A DNA stretch of 64,000 nucleotides from an uncultured Alistipes sp. (GTDB lineage Bacteria; Bacteroidota; Bacteroidia; Bacteroidales; Rikenellaceae), in NCBI GenBank assembly GCA_910584485.1, contig CAJUAV010000003.1:16426-80425 (forward strand). Reading direction: 5' to 3'. Under the pieces are notes generated by a model that saw only the letters and a program-made list of their open reading frames with translations, ran no database searches and was not told the DNA's origin. Numbering within the stretch: position 1 is the first letter of the stretch; every line of letters starts with the position of its first letter. A program made the translations under genes and the position numbers. Below are positions 49,189 to 58,994 of the stretch, one piece after another.

Positions 49189-50505
49189 ATGTCGAACATA
49201 TCCCTTATCATCGGCCGCGAATTCAACGAACGCGTCCGCAAAAAATCCTTCATCATCACCACGCTGCTCATGCCCGTGCTGATGATCGTGCTGATGGTCG
49301 CCCCCGCCTTCATCATGAAATTCGCGCAGGGCGAGCAGAAACGCATCGCCGTCATCGACCGCAGCGGCCTGGTGGCGCCGCACCTCGAGAGCGACGAATC
49401 GGTCCTCTTCGAGACGTGCGACCTCGACGTCGACTCGGCCCGCCGCGCCCTGACGGACCGTTTCGCCGTCCTCTACATCGGCGACGACCTCTTCGGCAAG
49501 GCCGACGTGCGCCTGTACGCCAACTCGTCGACCTCGATGGTGCTCGAAGAGAAGATCGCCGCGCAGATTGAGCGCGTCGTCGAAACCGAAAAACTCAAAC
49601 GCTACGACATCGCAGACCTGCCCCGCATCATGTGCGAGGTGAAGACCGACATCACCCTCCAGACCTTCCGCAACGACAAGGAGGAGGAGGATCAAAGCGG
49701 CTCGTCGTCGACCGTCGCCACCGTGCTGGGCTACGTGTTGGGCTTCATGCTCTACATGTTCCTGCTGCTCTACGGCTCGATGGTGATGCTCTCGGTGATC
49801 GAGGAGAAGAACAACCGCGTGCTGGAGGTGATGGTCTCCTCCGTGCGGCCGTTCGACCTCATGATGGGCAAGATCCTCGGCGTGGCCTGCGTCGCGCTGT
49901 TGCAGATCCTGATCTGGGGCGTGCTCATCTGCGTCGTGGGTGCCGTCGTCATCCCGCAGTTCATGCCCGCCGACGTGCTGGAGGGCGCCCGCGCAATGCA
50001 GCAGGGTCTCCCCGACGCCGCCCTGACCGAAGGAATGAACCCGCAGCTGCTGCAGGCCGTGGCCACGATGACCGACACGGGCTACCTCGTCAAGCTCGTC
50101 GGCTGTCTGCTGCTCTTCGTCCTCGGCGGATTCCTGCTCTATGCGGCGATGTTCGCCGCCGTCGGCTCGACCGTCGACAACGTGCAGGACGCCCAGCAGC
50201 TCCAAACCCCCGTCACGATTCCGATCATTCTGGCCATCTTCGTGATGTTCGCCGTCATCAACGACCCCAACTCGGCGGTGGCCTTCTGGTTCTCGGTGAT
50301 CCCCCTCACCTCGCCCATCGTCATGATGGCCCGCATCCCCTACGACATCCCGACCTGGGAGATCCTCCTCTCGCTCGGCGTGCTCTACGCCTCGTTCATG
50401 GCGATGGTCTGGCTGGCGGCGAAGATCTACCGCGTCGGCATCTTCATGTACGGCAAGAAACCGTCGTTCAAGGAGCTGTGGAAATGGCTGCGGTACCGCT
50501 ATTGA
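49189..50505 (+). CDS. ABC-2 type transporter permease (NatB/YhaP-like)
   Basis: REF..RVRKKSF, EEKNNRVLEVMVSS, multiple TM segments. Confidence 0.9.
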   Translation: MSNISLIIGREFNERVRKKSFIITTLLMPVLMIVLMVAPAFIMKFAQGEQKRIAVIDRSGLVAPHLESDESVLFETCDLDVDSARRALTDRFAVLYIGDDLFGKADVRLYANSSTSMVLEEKIAAQIERVVETEKLKRYDIADLPRIMCEVKTDITLQTFRNDKEEEDQSGSSSTVATVLGYVLGFMLYMFLLLYGSMVMLSVIEEKNNRVLEVMVSSVRPFDLMMGKILGVACVALLQILIWGVLICVVGAVVIPQFMPADVLEGARAMQQGLPDAALTEGMNPQLLQAVATMTDTGYLVKLVGCLLLFVLGGFLLYAAMFAAVGSTVDNVQDAQQLQTPVTIPIILAIFVMFAVINDPNSAVAFWFSVIPLTSPIVMMARIPYDIPTWEILLSLGVLYASFMAMVWLAAKIYRVGIFMYGKKPSFKELWKWLRYRY

Positions 50506-50526
50506 CGGACCGCCCCTTTTCGATAC

Positions 50527-50563
50527 AACACCCGCCCCTCTGCTGAAGGGGCGGGTGTTTTTT
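50527..50563 (+). terminator. Intrinsic terminator after the ABC permease
   Basis: Stem aacacccgcccct/aggggcgggtgtt followed by a T run. Confidence 0.8.
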
Positions 50564-50623
50564 CGGCGGGCGGGACAGGGTGATCTTGCATGGGAGCGGC
50601 GGGTAGGCGGGCGTCATCACATA

Positions 50624-51120
50624 CCGCACGGCTCGATGGCGCAGCCGTCGGCGGGCCGCCCCGTTAGGAACGGGGTTTTGCGTCGGAGGTGCTTCGGCAG
50701 GCTTTCGATCGTCGTTGCATCCCGACTGGTTCGATCCCTCGCGGGATCGGCGGGCCGAAGCCTCCGCGCGCGGAGGCCCGCATCGGTCGATACGGGCGCT
50801 CCGCAGGCTTCGACCCGAAACAGCCTGTATTCGGCGTTCGCATCATGCAGGCTTCGTTCCGCGTGAACATGCGCGCGTTAGCGCGGCAGCCCGCAGCCGC
50901 CCCCCCCCTGGCGGAGGGCTGCAACTCGTACGCTCGTCGCAAGCCGCTCCGCTCGGCTACGGGTAGCGTGAAAATCGCGCGATAGCGCGGCGGGCCGCAG
51001 CTTTCGGCGGCGAAGGCCCGCAACTCGCGCAAGGCTCGTTGCGTACCCTTCGCAAGCCGCGTCCCGAACGGTTCGACCTCGCAGCCGTCGGCAGCCCGCA
51101 AGCTCCGCCCCGAATACGGG
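50624..51120. repeat. Mosaic intergenic element E10 (reverse orientation; between the convergent permease and argH terminators)
   Basis: 99-bp module plus reverse pairs 2, 3 and 1. Confidence 0.88.
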
Positions 51121-51163
51121 TCGTCCCCTCCGCCGGCGACTGTCTCCTCGCAAGCCCCTCCCG

Positions 51164-51207
51164 AAAAAAAGCGGGCGATCCGACCTTCCTCGGACCGCCC
51201 GCTTTTT
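51164..51207 (-). terminator. Bidirectional-type intrinsic terminator after argH
   Basis: A7-gcgggcg..cgcccgc-T5, 13 nt beyond the argH stop. Confidence 0.8.
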
Positions 51208-51220
51208 CGCGTGCTCCCGT

Positions 51221-52522
51221 TTACAGCTCCATTTCGTGCATCACCCCCTCCATCTTGGCGCGGATCTCGGCCGTGCAGAGGTTGCCGATGCTCCCCTCGT
51301 GGGTGTGGCGCACGGTGCGCTGCGGGCGGTACTCGCCGCGCTGCACCTGCATGCCCACCGTGCGGTAGGCCTCGCGGAAGGGCATCCCTTCGAGCACCAG
51401 CCGGTTGACATCCTCGACGGTGAAAAGGTAGTCGTATTTCGGGTCGTCGAGGATCCGCTCGTTGACCCGCAGGCCGGCCAGCATGAAGTCGGCCGTGGCG
51501 AGGGTGCGGCGCAGCTCCTCGGTGGCGGGGAAGAGGATCTCCTTGAGCAGCTGCATGTCGCGGTGGTAGCCCAGCGGCAGGTTGGTCAGCAGGAGCGCCA
51601 TTTCGTTCGGCACCGCCTGCAGGCGGTTGCAGCGGCCGCGGATGAGCTCGAAGACGTCGGGATTCTTCTTGTGGGGCATGATGCTCGATCCCGTGGTGAG
51701 GTTGTCGGGCAGCGATACGAAGCCGAAATTCTGGCTCATGAAGAGGCACAGATCCATCGCCAGCCGTCCGACGGTGGCCGCCACGGCGGCGACGGCCGCC
51801 GCCGCCGCGCGCTCGCTCTTGCCGCGGCTCATCTGCGCCGCGACGACGTTGTAGTGGAGTGTCCCGAAGCCGAGCAGGCGGGTCGTCATCGTGCGGTCGA
51901 GCGGGAACGACGAACCGTAGCCCGCGGCCGAGCCGAGAGGATTCTGGTTGGCGATCTTCCAGGCGGCGGCCACCAGCCGCAGGTCGTCGACGAGCGTTTC
52001 GGCGTAGGCGCCGAACCAGAGGCCGAACGACGAGGGCATGGCGATCTGGAGGTGGGTGTAGCCCGGCATCAGCACCTCGCGATAGCGCTCCGAGAGCTCC
52101 TGCAGGCGGTCGAAGAGGGCCCGCACGTCGCGCGCCACGGCCTGCAGCTCGTCGCGCAGGAAGAGCTTCAGATCGACCAGCACCTGGTCGTTGCGCGAGC
52201 GTCCCGCGTGGATCTTCTTGCCCACGTCGCCCAGACGGCGCGTCAGCAGCAGTTCGACCTGCGAGTGGATGTCCTCGACCTCCTCTTCGATGCGGAAATC
52301 CCCCGCCTCGATCTCGGCGGCGATCGCTTCGAGCCCCTCGGTCAGACGGGCCAGTTCGTCGGCCGTCAGGAGGCCGATCGTTTCGAGCATGCGGATGTGG
52401 GCCAGCGAGCCGCGGACGTCGTAGCGCGCCAGGCGCAGGTCGAGCGTGCGGTCTTCGCCCACGGTGTAGCTTTCGACCAACGCGTTCGTGTCGTAGCCTT
52501 TATCCCAGAGTTTGGTTGCCAT
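51221..52522 (-). CDS. argH: Argininosuccinate lyase
   Basis: HAGRSRNDQV, PGYTHLQ, GSSIMPHKKNPD. Confidence 0.95.
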   Translation of the reverse strand: MATKLWDKGYDTNALVESYTVGEDRTLDLRLARYDVRGSLAHIRMLETIGLLTADELARLTEGLEAIAAEIEAGDFRIEEEVEDIHSQVELLLTRRLGDVGKKIHAGRSRNDQVLVDLKLFLRDELQAVARDVRALFDRLQELSERYREVLMPGYTHLQIAMPSSFGLWFGAYAETLVDDLRLVAAAWKIANQNPLGSAAGYGSSFPLDRTMTTRLLGFGTLHYNVVAAQMSRGKSERAAAAAVAAVAATVGRLAMDLCLFMSQNFGFVSLPDNLTTGSSIMPHKKNPDVFELIRGRCNRLQAVPNEMALLLTNLPLGYHRDMQLLKEILFPATEELRRTLATADFMLAGLRVNERILDDPKYDYLFTVEDVNRLVLEGMPFREAYRTVGMQVQRGEYRPQRTVRHTHEGSIGNLCTAEIRAKMEGVMHEMEL

Positions 52523-53588
52523 AAGCGGTTGCGGTGTTTTCGATGATGTGCAGATAGCGGTCGATCCCCGCCCCGATTTCGGAGAGGAGAACGTATTCGT
52601 CGGCCGTGTGCGAGCGGGCCGAGTCGCCCGGTCCCAGCTTGAGGGCGGGGAAGGGCATCAGCGTGCGGTCCGAGGCGGTGGGCGAGACGAAGGGGGCGGC
52701 CCCCGCGGCCTGCGCCGCGCGCACCAGCGGATGCCCTTCGTCGATGACCGAGGCGCGGATGCGCGTCGAGCGCGGCACGGCCTCGGAGCGGATCGCGGCG
52801 CGGATCAGCTCGACGGTCTCTTCGTTCGTGTAGGCCTCCGTCGTGCGGACGTCGACCGTGAAGCGGCAGGTGTCGGGGACGACGTTGTGCTGCGTGCCCG
52901 CCGCGATGACGGTCGTGGCGATGTGGATCGGGCCGAGCAGCGGCGAGACCCGTTCGAAGCGGAGGCTGCGGAGCCGCTCGATGTCCTCGATGGCCGTGTA
53001 GAGGGCGTTCTCGCCCTCGTCGCGGGCGGCGTGGCCGCTGCGGCCGCGGGCCGTGCAGTCGAGCACCACGAGCCCCCGTTCGCCGAGCGCCGCATCGAGC
53101 GAGGTGGGTTCGCCCACGATCGCCATGTCGATGCGGCCGAGCGTCGGCAGCAGCGCGCGGATGCCGTGCTCGCCCGAGACCTCCTCCTCGGCCGAGAGGG
53201 CCAGCAGCAGGTTGAAGGGGAGCGGTCGATCCTTCAGCGCGAGGAAGACCGTCGCGAGGGCGACGAGCGAGGCACCCGCATCGTTCGCGCCGAGGCCGTA
53301 GAGGCGCTCTCCCTCGATCGTCGGAGCGTAGGGGTCGCGCGTGTAGCCCGCCGCGGGGCGTACCGTGTCGTGGTGCGAGTTGAGCAGCAGCGTCGGCCGC
53401 GCGGGGTCGTAGCCCGCGCAGCGCGCCGCGACATTGTGGTGCAGCCGCTCGGGCCGCACGCCGTGTTCGGCCAGAAAGGCGCAGAGCAGGTCGGCCGTCG
53501 GCCCCTCCTCGCGCGAGGGCGAGGGGGCGGCGATGAGGCGTCGGAGCAGGCCGACGGCCTCGGTGCGGGGATCGAACGGAGCGCGCAT
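52500..53588 (-). CDS. argE: M20 deacylase (acetylornithine deacetylase / succinylcitrulline desuccinylase type)
   Basis: NSHHDTV, GLGANDAG, AEEE, GEPT, HTADE; inside the arg operon. Confidence 0.8.
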   Translation of the reverse strand: MRAPFDPRTEAVGLLRRLIAAPSPSREEGPTADLLCAFLAEHGVRPERLHHNVAARCAGYDPARPTLLLNSHHDTVRPAAGYTRDPYAPTIEGERLYGLGANDAGASLVALATVFLALKDRPLPFNLLLALSAEEEVSGEHGIRALLPTLGRIDMAIVGEPTSLDAALGERGLVVLDCTARGRSGHAARDEGENALYTAIEDIERLRSLRFERVSPLLGPIHIATTVIAAGTQHNVVPDTCRFTVDVRTTEAYTNEETVELIRAAIRSEAVPRSTRIRASVIDEGHPLVRAAQAAGAAPFVSPTASDRTLMPFPALKLGPGDSARSHTADEYVLLSEIGAGIDRYLHIIENTATAYGNQTLG

Positions 53589-53592
53589 GGGA

Positions 53593-54369
53593 TCAGCGGG
53601 ATGCGATCGTCGTGCCCCCCTCGGCCCGCAGCAGGTCGGCGGCGTGGCGGATGCCGACGCTGCGCACCCCTGCGGCGACCGCCTTGAGGGCGTTTTCGAT
53701 CTTGGGAATCATGCCGCCGGAGACGATCCCCGCCTCCTTGAGGGCGGGATAGGTCGCGGGGGTGATGCGGTCGATGACCGAGCTTTCGTCGGCGGGGTCG
53801 CGCAGCACGCCGCGCTTCTCGAAGCAGAAGACGAGCTCCGTCGGGGCGATCGCGGCCGCCGCGCGGGCGATCCCCTCGGCGACGCTGTCGGCGTTGCAGT
53901 TGAGCAGCCCGCCCGCGCCGTCGTGCAGGATGGCCGAGAAGACGGGCGTGATGCCCGCCTCGAGCAGCGTGCGGAGGAGCGGGGCGTTCACCCGTTCGAT
54001 GTCGCCTGCGAAGCCGTAGTCGATCGGCTGCGGGGCGCGGCGCCGTGCCCGCACGCTGTCGCCGTCGGCGCCCGAGAGCCCCAGGGCGTCGCATCCGGCG
54101 GCCTGCAGCGCGGCGACGATGCGTTTGTTGACGAGCCCCGCGTAGACCATCGTCACCACGTCGAGCGTCTCGCGGTCGGTGACGCGGCGCCCCTCGATCA
54201 TGCGGACGGGGATTTCGAGCCGCTCCGTAAGGCGCGTGGCAAGCTTGCCGCCGCCGTGCACGAGGATCTTCGCCCCTTCGAGAGCGGCCAGGTCGCGCAC
54301 GAAGCGGTCGAGGGCGGCGGGGTCGTCGATGACGTTGCCGCCGATCTTGATGACCGTGATCCGTTCCAT
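53593..54369 (-). CDS. argB: N-acyl(acetyl)glutamate kinase
   Basis: KIGGN, VHGGG, LLNCNAD, GGMIPKI. Confidence 0.92.
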   Translation of the reverse strand: MERITVIKIGGNVIDDPAALDRFVRDLAALEGAKILVHGGGKLATRLTERLEIPVRMIEGRRVTDRETLDVVTMVYAGLVNKRIVAALQAAGCDALGLSGADGDSVRARRRAPQPIDYGFAGDIERVNAPLLRTLLEAGITPVFSAILHDGAGGLLNCNADSVAEGIARAAAAIAPTELVFCFEKRGVLRDPADESSVIDRITPATYPALKEAGIVSGGMIPKIENALKAVAAGVRSVGIRHAADLLRAEGGTTIASR

Positions 54370-54371
54370 CT

Positions 54372-55325
54372 TCAGAGCGATTCGAGGAGACGTTTGAGCA
54401 CCGTCTGGGCCGAGATTTCGCGGTTGGCCGCCTCGGGGATGACGAGCGACCGCGGCCCCTCGATCACCTCATCCGTGACGATCATGTTGCGGCGCACGGG
54501 CAGGCAGTGCATGAACCAGGCATCGTTCGTGAGGGCCATTTTCGCGGCGTCGACCGTCCACGAACGATCCTGCGAGAGGATGCGGCCGTAGTTCGGGTCG
54601 CGGTAGGCCGCCCAGTTCTTGGCGTAGACGAAGTCGGCCCCCTCGAAGGCGCGGCGCTGGTCGTATTCGATGCGGGCGCCGCCCGTGAAGCGCGGATCGA
54701 GTTCGTACCCTTCGGGGTGGGTGACGACCAGGTCGTAGCCCGCGGCGTTCATCCACTCGGCGAAGGAGTTGGGCACGGCCTGCGGCAGCGCCTTGGGATG
54801 GGGCGCCCACGTGAGGACCACCTTGGGGCGCTCGGTGCGCTTGTGCTCCTCGATCGTAATCAGGTCGGCGAAGCTTTGCAGCGGGTGGCCCGTGGCGGCC
54901 TCCATCGAGAAGACGGGGCGGCCCGAGTAGCGGATGAACTGCTCGAGGATGCGCTCCTCGTAGTCCTCCTGCTTGCTCTCGAAGCGGGCGAAGGAGCGGA
55001 CGCCGATCACGTCGCAGTAGCATCCCATGACGGGGATCGCCTCGAGCAGGTGTTCGGGACGGTCGCCGTCCATCACCACGCCGCGCTCGGTTTCGAGCTT
55101 CCAGGCCCCCTGGTTCACGTCGAGGACCATCACGTTCATGCCGAGGTTCATCGCCGCCTTCTGCGTCGAGAGGCGCGTGCGGAGGCTCGAATTGAAGAAG
55201 AGCATCAGGAGCGTGCGGTTGCGTCCAAGCTCGGTATGGGCGAAGCGGTCGCGCTTGATTTCGAGCGCTTCGGCGACGGCCGCGCGGAGGTCGCCGAGGT
55301 CGGCGACGCAGGTGAATTTTTTCAT
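54372..55325 (-). CDS. argF: N-succinyl-L-ornithine transcarbamylase-type ArgF'
   Basis: FNSSLRTR, HPLQ, TWAPHPK.LPQAV, HCLPVRR; Pro at residue 90 (MDGDRPEH). Confidence 0.88.
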   Translation of the reverse strand: MKKFTCVADLGDLRAAVAEALEIKRDRFAHTELGRNRTLLMLFFNSSLRTRLSTQKAAMNLGMNVMVLDVNQGAWKLETERGVVMDGDRPEHLLEAIPVMGCYCDVIGVRSFARFESKQEDYEERILEQFIRYSGRPVFSMEAATGHPLQSFADLITIEEHKRTERPKVVLTWAPHPKALPQAVPNSFAEWMNAAGYDLVVTHPEGYELDPRFTGGARIEYDQRRAFEGADFVYAKNWAAYRDPNYGRILSQDRSWTVDAAKMALTNDAWFMHCLPVRRNMIVTDEVIEGPRSLVIPEAANREISAQTVLKRLLESL

Positions 55326-56446
55326 CGCAAAAGGGTGTTGAAGGCGTTCAGGAAACGGTCCGCGTCGGCCTGCGTAAGGCCGAGGGCGGGGAGCAGACGG
55401 ACAGTCGAGGCCCCTGCCCCGCCCGTGAAGATGCGCTGCTCGAAGAGGAGGCGGCGGCGCAGCTCGGCGGCCGAGCCGTCGATTTCGATGCCGATCATCA
55501 GGCCGCGGCCGCGCACCTCCCGAAGCGAGGGGATGCGGCGCAGCTCGGCGAGGAGGTATGCGCCGACGGAGGCGGCGTTGGCGACGAGGTTTTCGCGCTC
55601 GAAGACCTCCAGCACGGCGATCGCCGCGGCGCAGGCGAGGTGGTTGCCGCCGAAGGTGGTGCCGAGCATCCCTGCGCGCGCCTCGAAGTGGGGCGCGATG
55701 AGCACGCCGCCGATCGGGAAGCCGTTGCCCATCCCCTTGGCCGTCGTGACGAGGTCGGGGCGGATGCCCGCCTGCTGGTGGGCGAAGAAGCGTCCCGTGC
55801 GGCCGTAGCCCGACTGGATCTCGTCGAGGATGAGCTGCGTGCCCGTCTCGGTGCAGAGCCTGCGCAGGCCGCGCAGGAAATCGTCCGAGGGTTCGCGGAT
55901 GCCCGCGACTCCCTGGATGCCCTCGACGAGGACGGCGGCGTAGCGGCGCGAGGCGAGCTCCGCGCCGACGGCTTCGAGGTCGCCGAGGGGTACGAAGGTC
56001 ACCTTGTCGGTGCGGTTGAAGGGGGCGACGATCGTCGGGTTGTCGGTGGCCGCCACGGCCCCCGAGGTGCGGCCGTGGAAGGCCTTCGAGAAGGCCAGCA
56101 CGCGGTCGCGCCCCGTGTGGAACGAGGCGAGCTTGAGGGCGTTTTCGTTCGCCTCGGCCCCCGAGTTGCAGAGGAAGAGGCGGTAGTCGTCGTACCCCGA
56201 GGCGCGGCCCAGCAGCTCGGCCAGGCGCTGCTGGAGCGAGTTTTCGACCGAGTTCGAGTAGAAGCCCAGGCGGGCGACCTGCCGCGCGAGCGCCTCGACG
56301 TAGTGCGGGTGGGCGTGGCCGATCGAGATGACGGCGTGGCCGCCGTAGAGGTCGAGGTATTCGTTGCCTGCGGCGTCGTAGACCCGCGATCCGCAGCCGC
56401 GGACGGGCTCGACGGGATAGAGCGAATAGACGTTGAAGAGTTCCAT
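55322..56446 (-). CDS. argD: (Acetyl/succinyl)ornithine aminotransferase
   Basis: Start MELFNVY at 56446; NSGAEANE, FHGRT, DEIQSGYGRTG, TAKGMGNG (PLP lysine), GTTFGGN. Confidence 0.9.
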   Translation of the reverse strand: MELFNVYSLYPVEPVRGCGSRVYDAAGNEYLDLYGGHAVISIGHAHPHYVEALARQVARLGFYSNSVENSLQQRLAELLGRASGYDDYRLFLCNSGAEANENALKLASFHTGRDRVLAFSKAFHGRTSGAVAATDNPTIVAPFNRTDKVTFVPLGDLEAVGAELASRRYAAVLVEGIQGVAGIREPSDDFLRGLRRLCTETGTQLILDEIQSGYGRTGRFFAHQQAGIRPDLVTTAKGMGNGFPIGGVLIAPHFEARAGMLGTTFGGNHLACAAAIAVLEVFERENLVANAASVGAYLLAELRRIPSLREVRGRGLMIGIEIDGSAAELRRRLLFEQRIFTGGAGASTVRLLPALGLTQADADRFLNAFNTLLR

Positions 56447-56448
56447 GG

Positions 56449-57411
56449 TCAGAAGGCGGAGGCTTTGAGTCGCAGCCCGCAACGTTCGTCGAGGCCGAAA
56501 CGGAGGTTCATGTTCTGGACCGCCTGTCCCGAAGCCCCCTTCAGCAGGTTGTCGATGGCGGTCGTCAGGTGAAGCAGGTCGCCGTATTTGGCCGCGTGCA
56601 CGAGGGCCTTGTTCGTGTTGACGACCTGTTTGAGGTCGATCGGACGGTCGACGGCGTGGGTGAAGGGGGCGTCGGCGTAGTAGTTCCGATAGAGCGTCGC
56701 GGCCTCCTCCTGCGTCAGGGGGCAGGTCGTGTAGACGCTCGCCAGAATGCCGCGCGTGAAATCGCCCCGCATCGGCACGAAGCGGATCGGCCGCTCGAAG
56801 GAGGGTTGCAGCCGGCCTATGTTGCGGCCGATCTCCTTCAGGTGCTGGTGCTCGAAGGCCTTGTAGACCGAGAGGTTCGAGGCGCGCCAGCTGAAATGGG
56901 TCGTCGCCGAGGGCTTGACCCCCGCGCCCGTCGAGCCCGTGACGGCCGTGACGTGCACCTCGTCCGTGAGCAGCCCCGCCGCCGCGAGGGGCAGCAGCGC
57001 GAGCTGGATCGCCGTGGCGAAGCAGCCCGGGTTGGCGATGCGGTCCGAGGCGGCGATGCGGTCGCGCTGCCACTCGGGCAGGCCGTAGACGAAGCCGTCG
57101 TGCTCGTCGCGGAAATCCTGCGCCAGGTCGATCACCGAGAGCCCTGCGGGCACGGCGTGTTCGGCCATCCAGACCGAGCTTTGGCCGTGGGCCGAGCAGA
57201 GGAAGAGGCAGTCGATCGAGCCGAGGTCCCCCTCGTCGCAGAAGCGGAGCTCCGTATCGCCCTCCAGTCCGCCGTGGACCGTCGTCAGGAGGTTGCCCGC
57301 GTTCGAGGAGCTCTGCACGAAGCGGAGCTCGACGGCGGGGTGGTTCAGCAGCAGGCGCAGCAGCTCGCCGGCCGTGTAGCCGGCGCCGCCGATGATGCCG
57401 ACGCGGATCAT
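56449..57411 (-). CDS. argC: N-acyl-gamma-glutamyl-phosphate reductase
   Basis: Start MIRVGIIGGAGYTAGE at 57411; IANPGCFAT, DNLLKGASGQAVQNMN. Confidence 0.93.
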   Translation of the reverse strand: MIRVGIIGGAGYTAGELLRLLLNHPAVELRFVQSSSNAGNLLTTVHGGLEGDTELRFCDEGDLGSIDCLFLCSAHGQSSVWMAEHAVPAGLSVIDLAQDFRDEHDGFVYGLPEWQRDRIAASDRIANPGCFATAIQLALLPLAAAGLLTDEVHVTAVTGSTGAGVKPSATTHFSWRASNLSVYKAFEHQHLKEIGRNIGRLQPSFERPIRFVPMRGDFTRGILASVYTTCPLTQEEAATLYRNYYADAPFTHAVDRPIDLKQVVNTNKALVHAAKYGDLLHLTTAIDNLLKGASGQAVQNMNLRFGLDERCGLRLKASAF

Positions 57412-58613
57412 CGCTCGTTGCGTTTTTGGACGTTGTGGTAGATCTTGATCGGATTGCCGAGGATCTTCGTGAAGCCCTTCACGTCGTCGGCCGTCCAGGC
57501 GCGGTTCACCTCGCCGTACTCGCCGAAATCGGTCTTCATCAGATCGAAGGTCGAGTCGACGCCGACGAGCGTGTAGCTCTGCGGGCGCAGCGTGATTTCG
57601 ACCGTGCCCGTCACGTTGCGCTGCGACGAAAGGAGCATCGCCTCGATGTCGCGCATGACGGGTTCGAGGTACTGCGCCTCGTGGAGGAACATGCCGTACC
57701 ACGTCGCCACCTGCTCCTTCCAGTAGAGCTGCCACTTGGTGAGGGTGTGCTTCTCGAGCATCTTGTGGGCGGCGATGATCAGGATCGGCGCCGCGGCCTC
57801 GAAGCCCACGCGCCCCTTGATGCCGATGATCGTGTCGCCGATGTGCATGTCGCGGCCGATGCCGAATTTCGAACCGATCGCCTCGACGGCGCGGATCGCC
57901 TCGACGCGGTCGGCGTAGGGGGTGCCGTCGACGGCCGTCAGCTCGCCCTGCTCGAAGGTGAGCTTCAGCGTCTCTTCGCCCTCGGCCGTCACCTGGCTCG
58001 GGTAGGCCTCTTCGGGGAGCGTCGTTTCGGAGTGCAGCGTCTCCTTGCCGCCGATCGAGGTGCCCCAGAGCCCCTTATTGATCGAGTACTCCAGCTTCTT
58101 GTAGTCGGCCGTGATGCCGTGACGGCGGAGGTAGTCGATTTCGTATTCGCGCGTCAGGGTCATGTCGCGCGTCGGGGTGATGATCTCGATTTCGGGAGCG
58201 AGGATCTGGAACGTCAGGTCGAAGCGCACCTGGTCGTTGCCCGCGCCCGTCGAGCCGTGGGCCACGGCGTCGGCGCCGATCCGCTTGGCGTACTCGATGA
58301 TGGCGATCGCCTGGAAGATGCGCTCCGAGCTGACCGAAATGGGGTAGGTGCCGTTGCGCAGCACGTTGCCGTAGACCATGTAGCGGATGCTCTTCTCGTA
58401 ATACTCCTGCTCGATGTCGAGCGTGGCGTGCTCGACGGCCCCGAGCGCCTTGGCGCGCTCCTCGATGCGGGCGAGCTCCTCGCGCGAGAAGCCGCCCGTG
58501 TTGGCGATGGCCGTGTAGACGTCGTAACCCTGCTCTTCGGAGAGGTATTTGGCGCAGAAGGAGGTGTCCAGCCCGCCGCTGAAGGCGAGCACTACTTTCT
58601 TTTTCGTATGCAT
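57408..58613 (-). CDS. argG: Argininosuccinate synthase
   Basis: LAFSGGLDTS, AHGSTGAGNDQVRF, IGIKGR..FEA. Confidence 0.95.
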   Translation of the reverse strand: MHTKKKVVLAFSGGLDTSFCAKYLSEEQGYDVYTAIANTGGFSREELARIEERAKALGAVEHATLDIEQEYYEKSIRYMVYGNVLRNGTYPISVSSERIFQAIAIIEYAKRIGADAVAHGSTGAGNDQVRFDLTFQILAPEIEIITPTRDMTLTREYEIDYLRRHGITADYKKLEYSINKGLWGTSIGGKETLHSETTLPEEAYPSQVTAEGEETLKLTFEQGELTAVDGTPYADRVEAIRAVEAIGSKFGIGRDMHIGDTIIGIKGRVGFEAAAPILIIAAHKMLEKHTLTKWQLYWKEQVATWYGMFLHEAQYLEPVMRDIEAMLLSSQRNVTGTVEITLRPQSYTLVGVDSTFDLMKTDFGEYGEVNRAWTADDVKGFTKILGNPIKIYHNVQKRNER

Positions 58614-58687
58614 GATGATCGGTTGTTTTTTTGTTGCTTATCTGTTTTGGGGCGGGTTGGGGACGGCTTTGCGGCGGGGAAGCGTAT

Positions 58688-58993
58688 CCGATCCCATAAG
58701 GGATCGGCGGGCCGGAGCTTCGCCCCGCGAAGGCCCGCATTTGGCGTTCCTTCGCAAGCTCCGCCCCGAGTGCGTATGTTGCAAATCGCCCTTGCAAAGG
58801 GCTGCCAGCGGTCGATTTCGCCGTCGCAGCCGTCGGCGGGCCGCAGCTTTCGGCGGCGAAGGCACGCATGTCGCGTCCGCTCGTGCGTCCCTTCGCAAGC
58901 TGCGTCCCGAACATGCGTTGCGCGGAAAGCGCGTGCCGTTCGCGGTCGCCCGTTGGCGGAGGGCCGGTTGCGACGCGACCCCGCCGTCGGCGA
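58688..58993. repeat. Mosaic intergenic element E11 (arg GNAT-argG gap)
   Basis: Two reverse pair-1 units (gcttcgccccgcgaaggcccgca..ccttcgcaagct) and a degenerate pair 4. Confidence 0.85.
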
Positions 58994-58994
58994 T

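Noticed and set aside
55322..57735. Long N-terminal extensions of argD and argC (also murE, ftsL, MFS, GH78, esterase) in the ORF track
   Set aside because: The extensions overlap upstream genes or repeats; internal ATGs give canonical N-termini.
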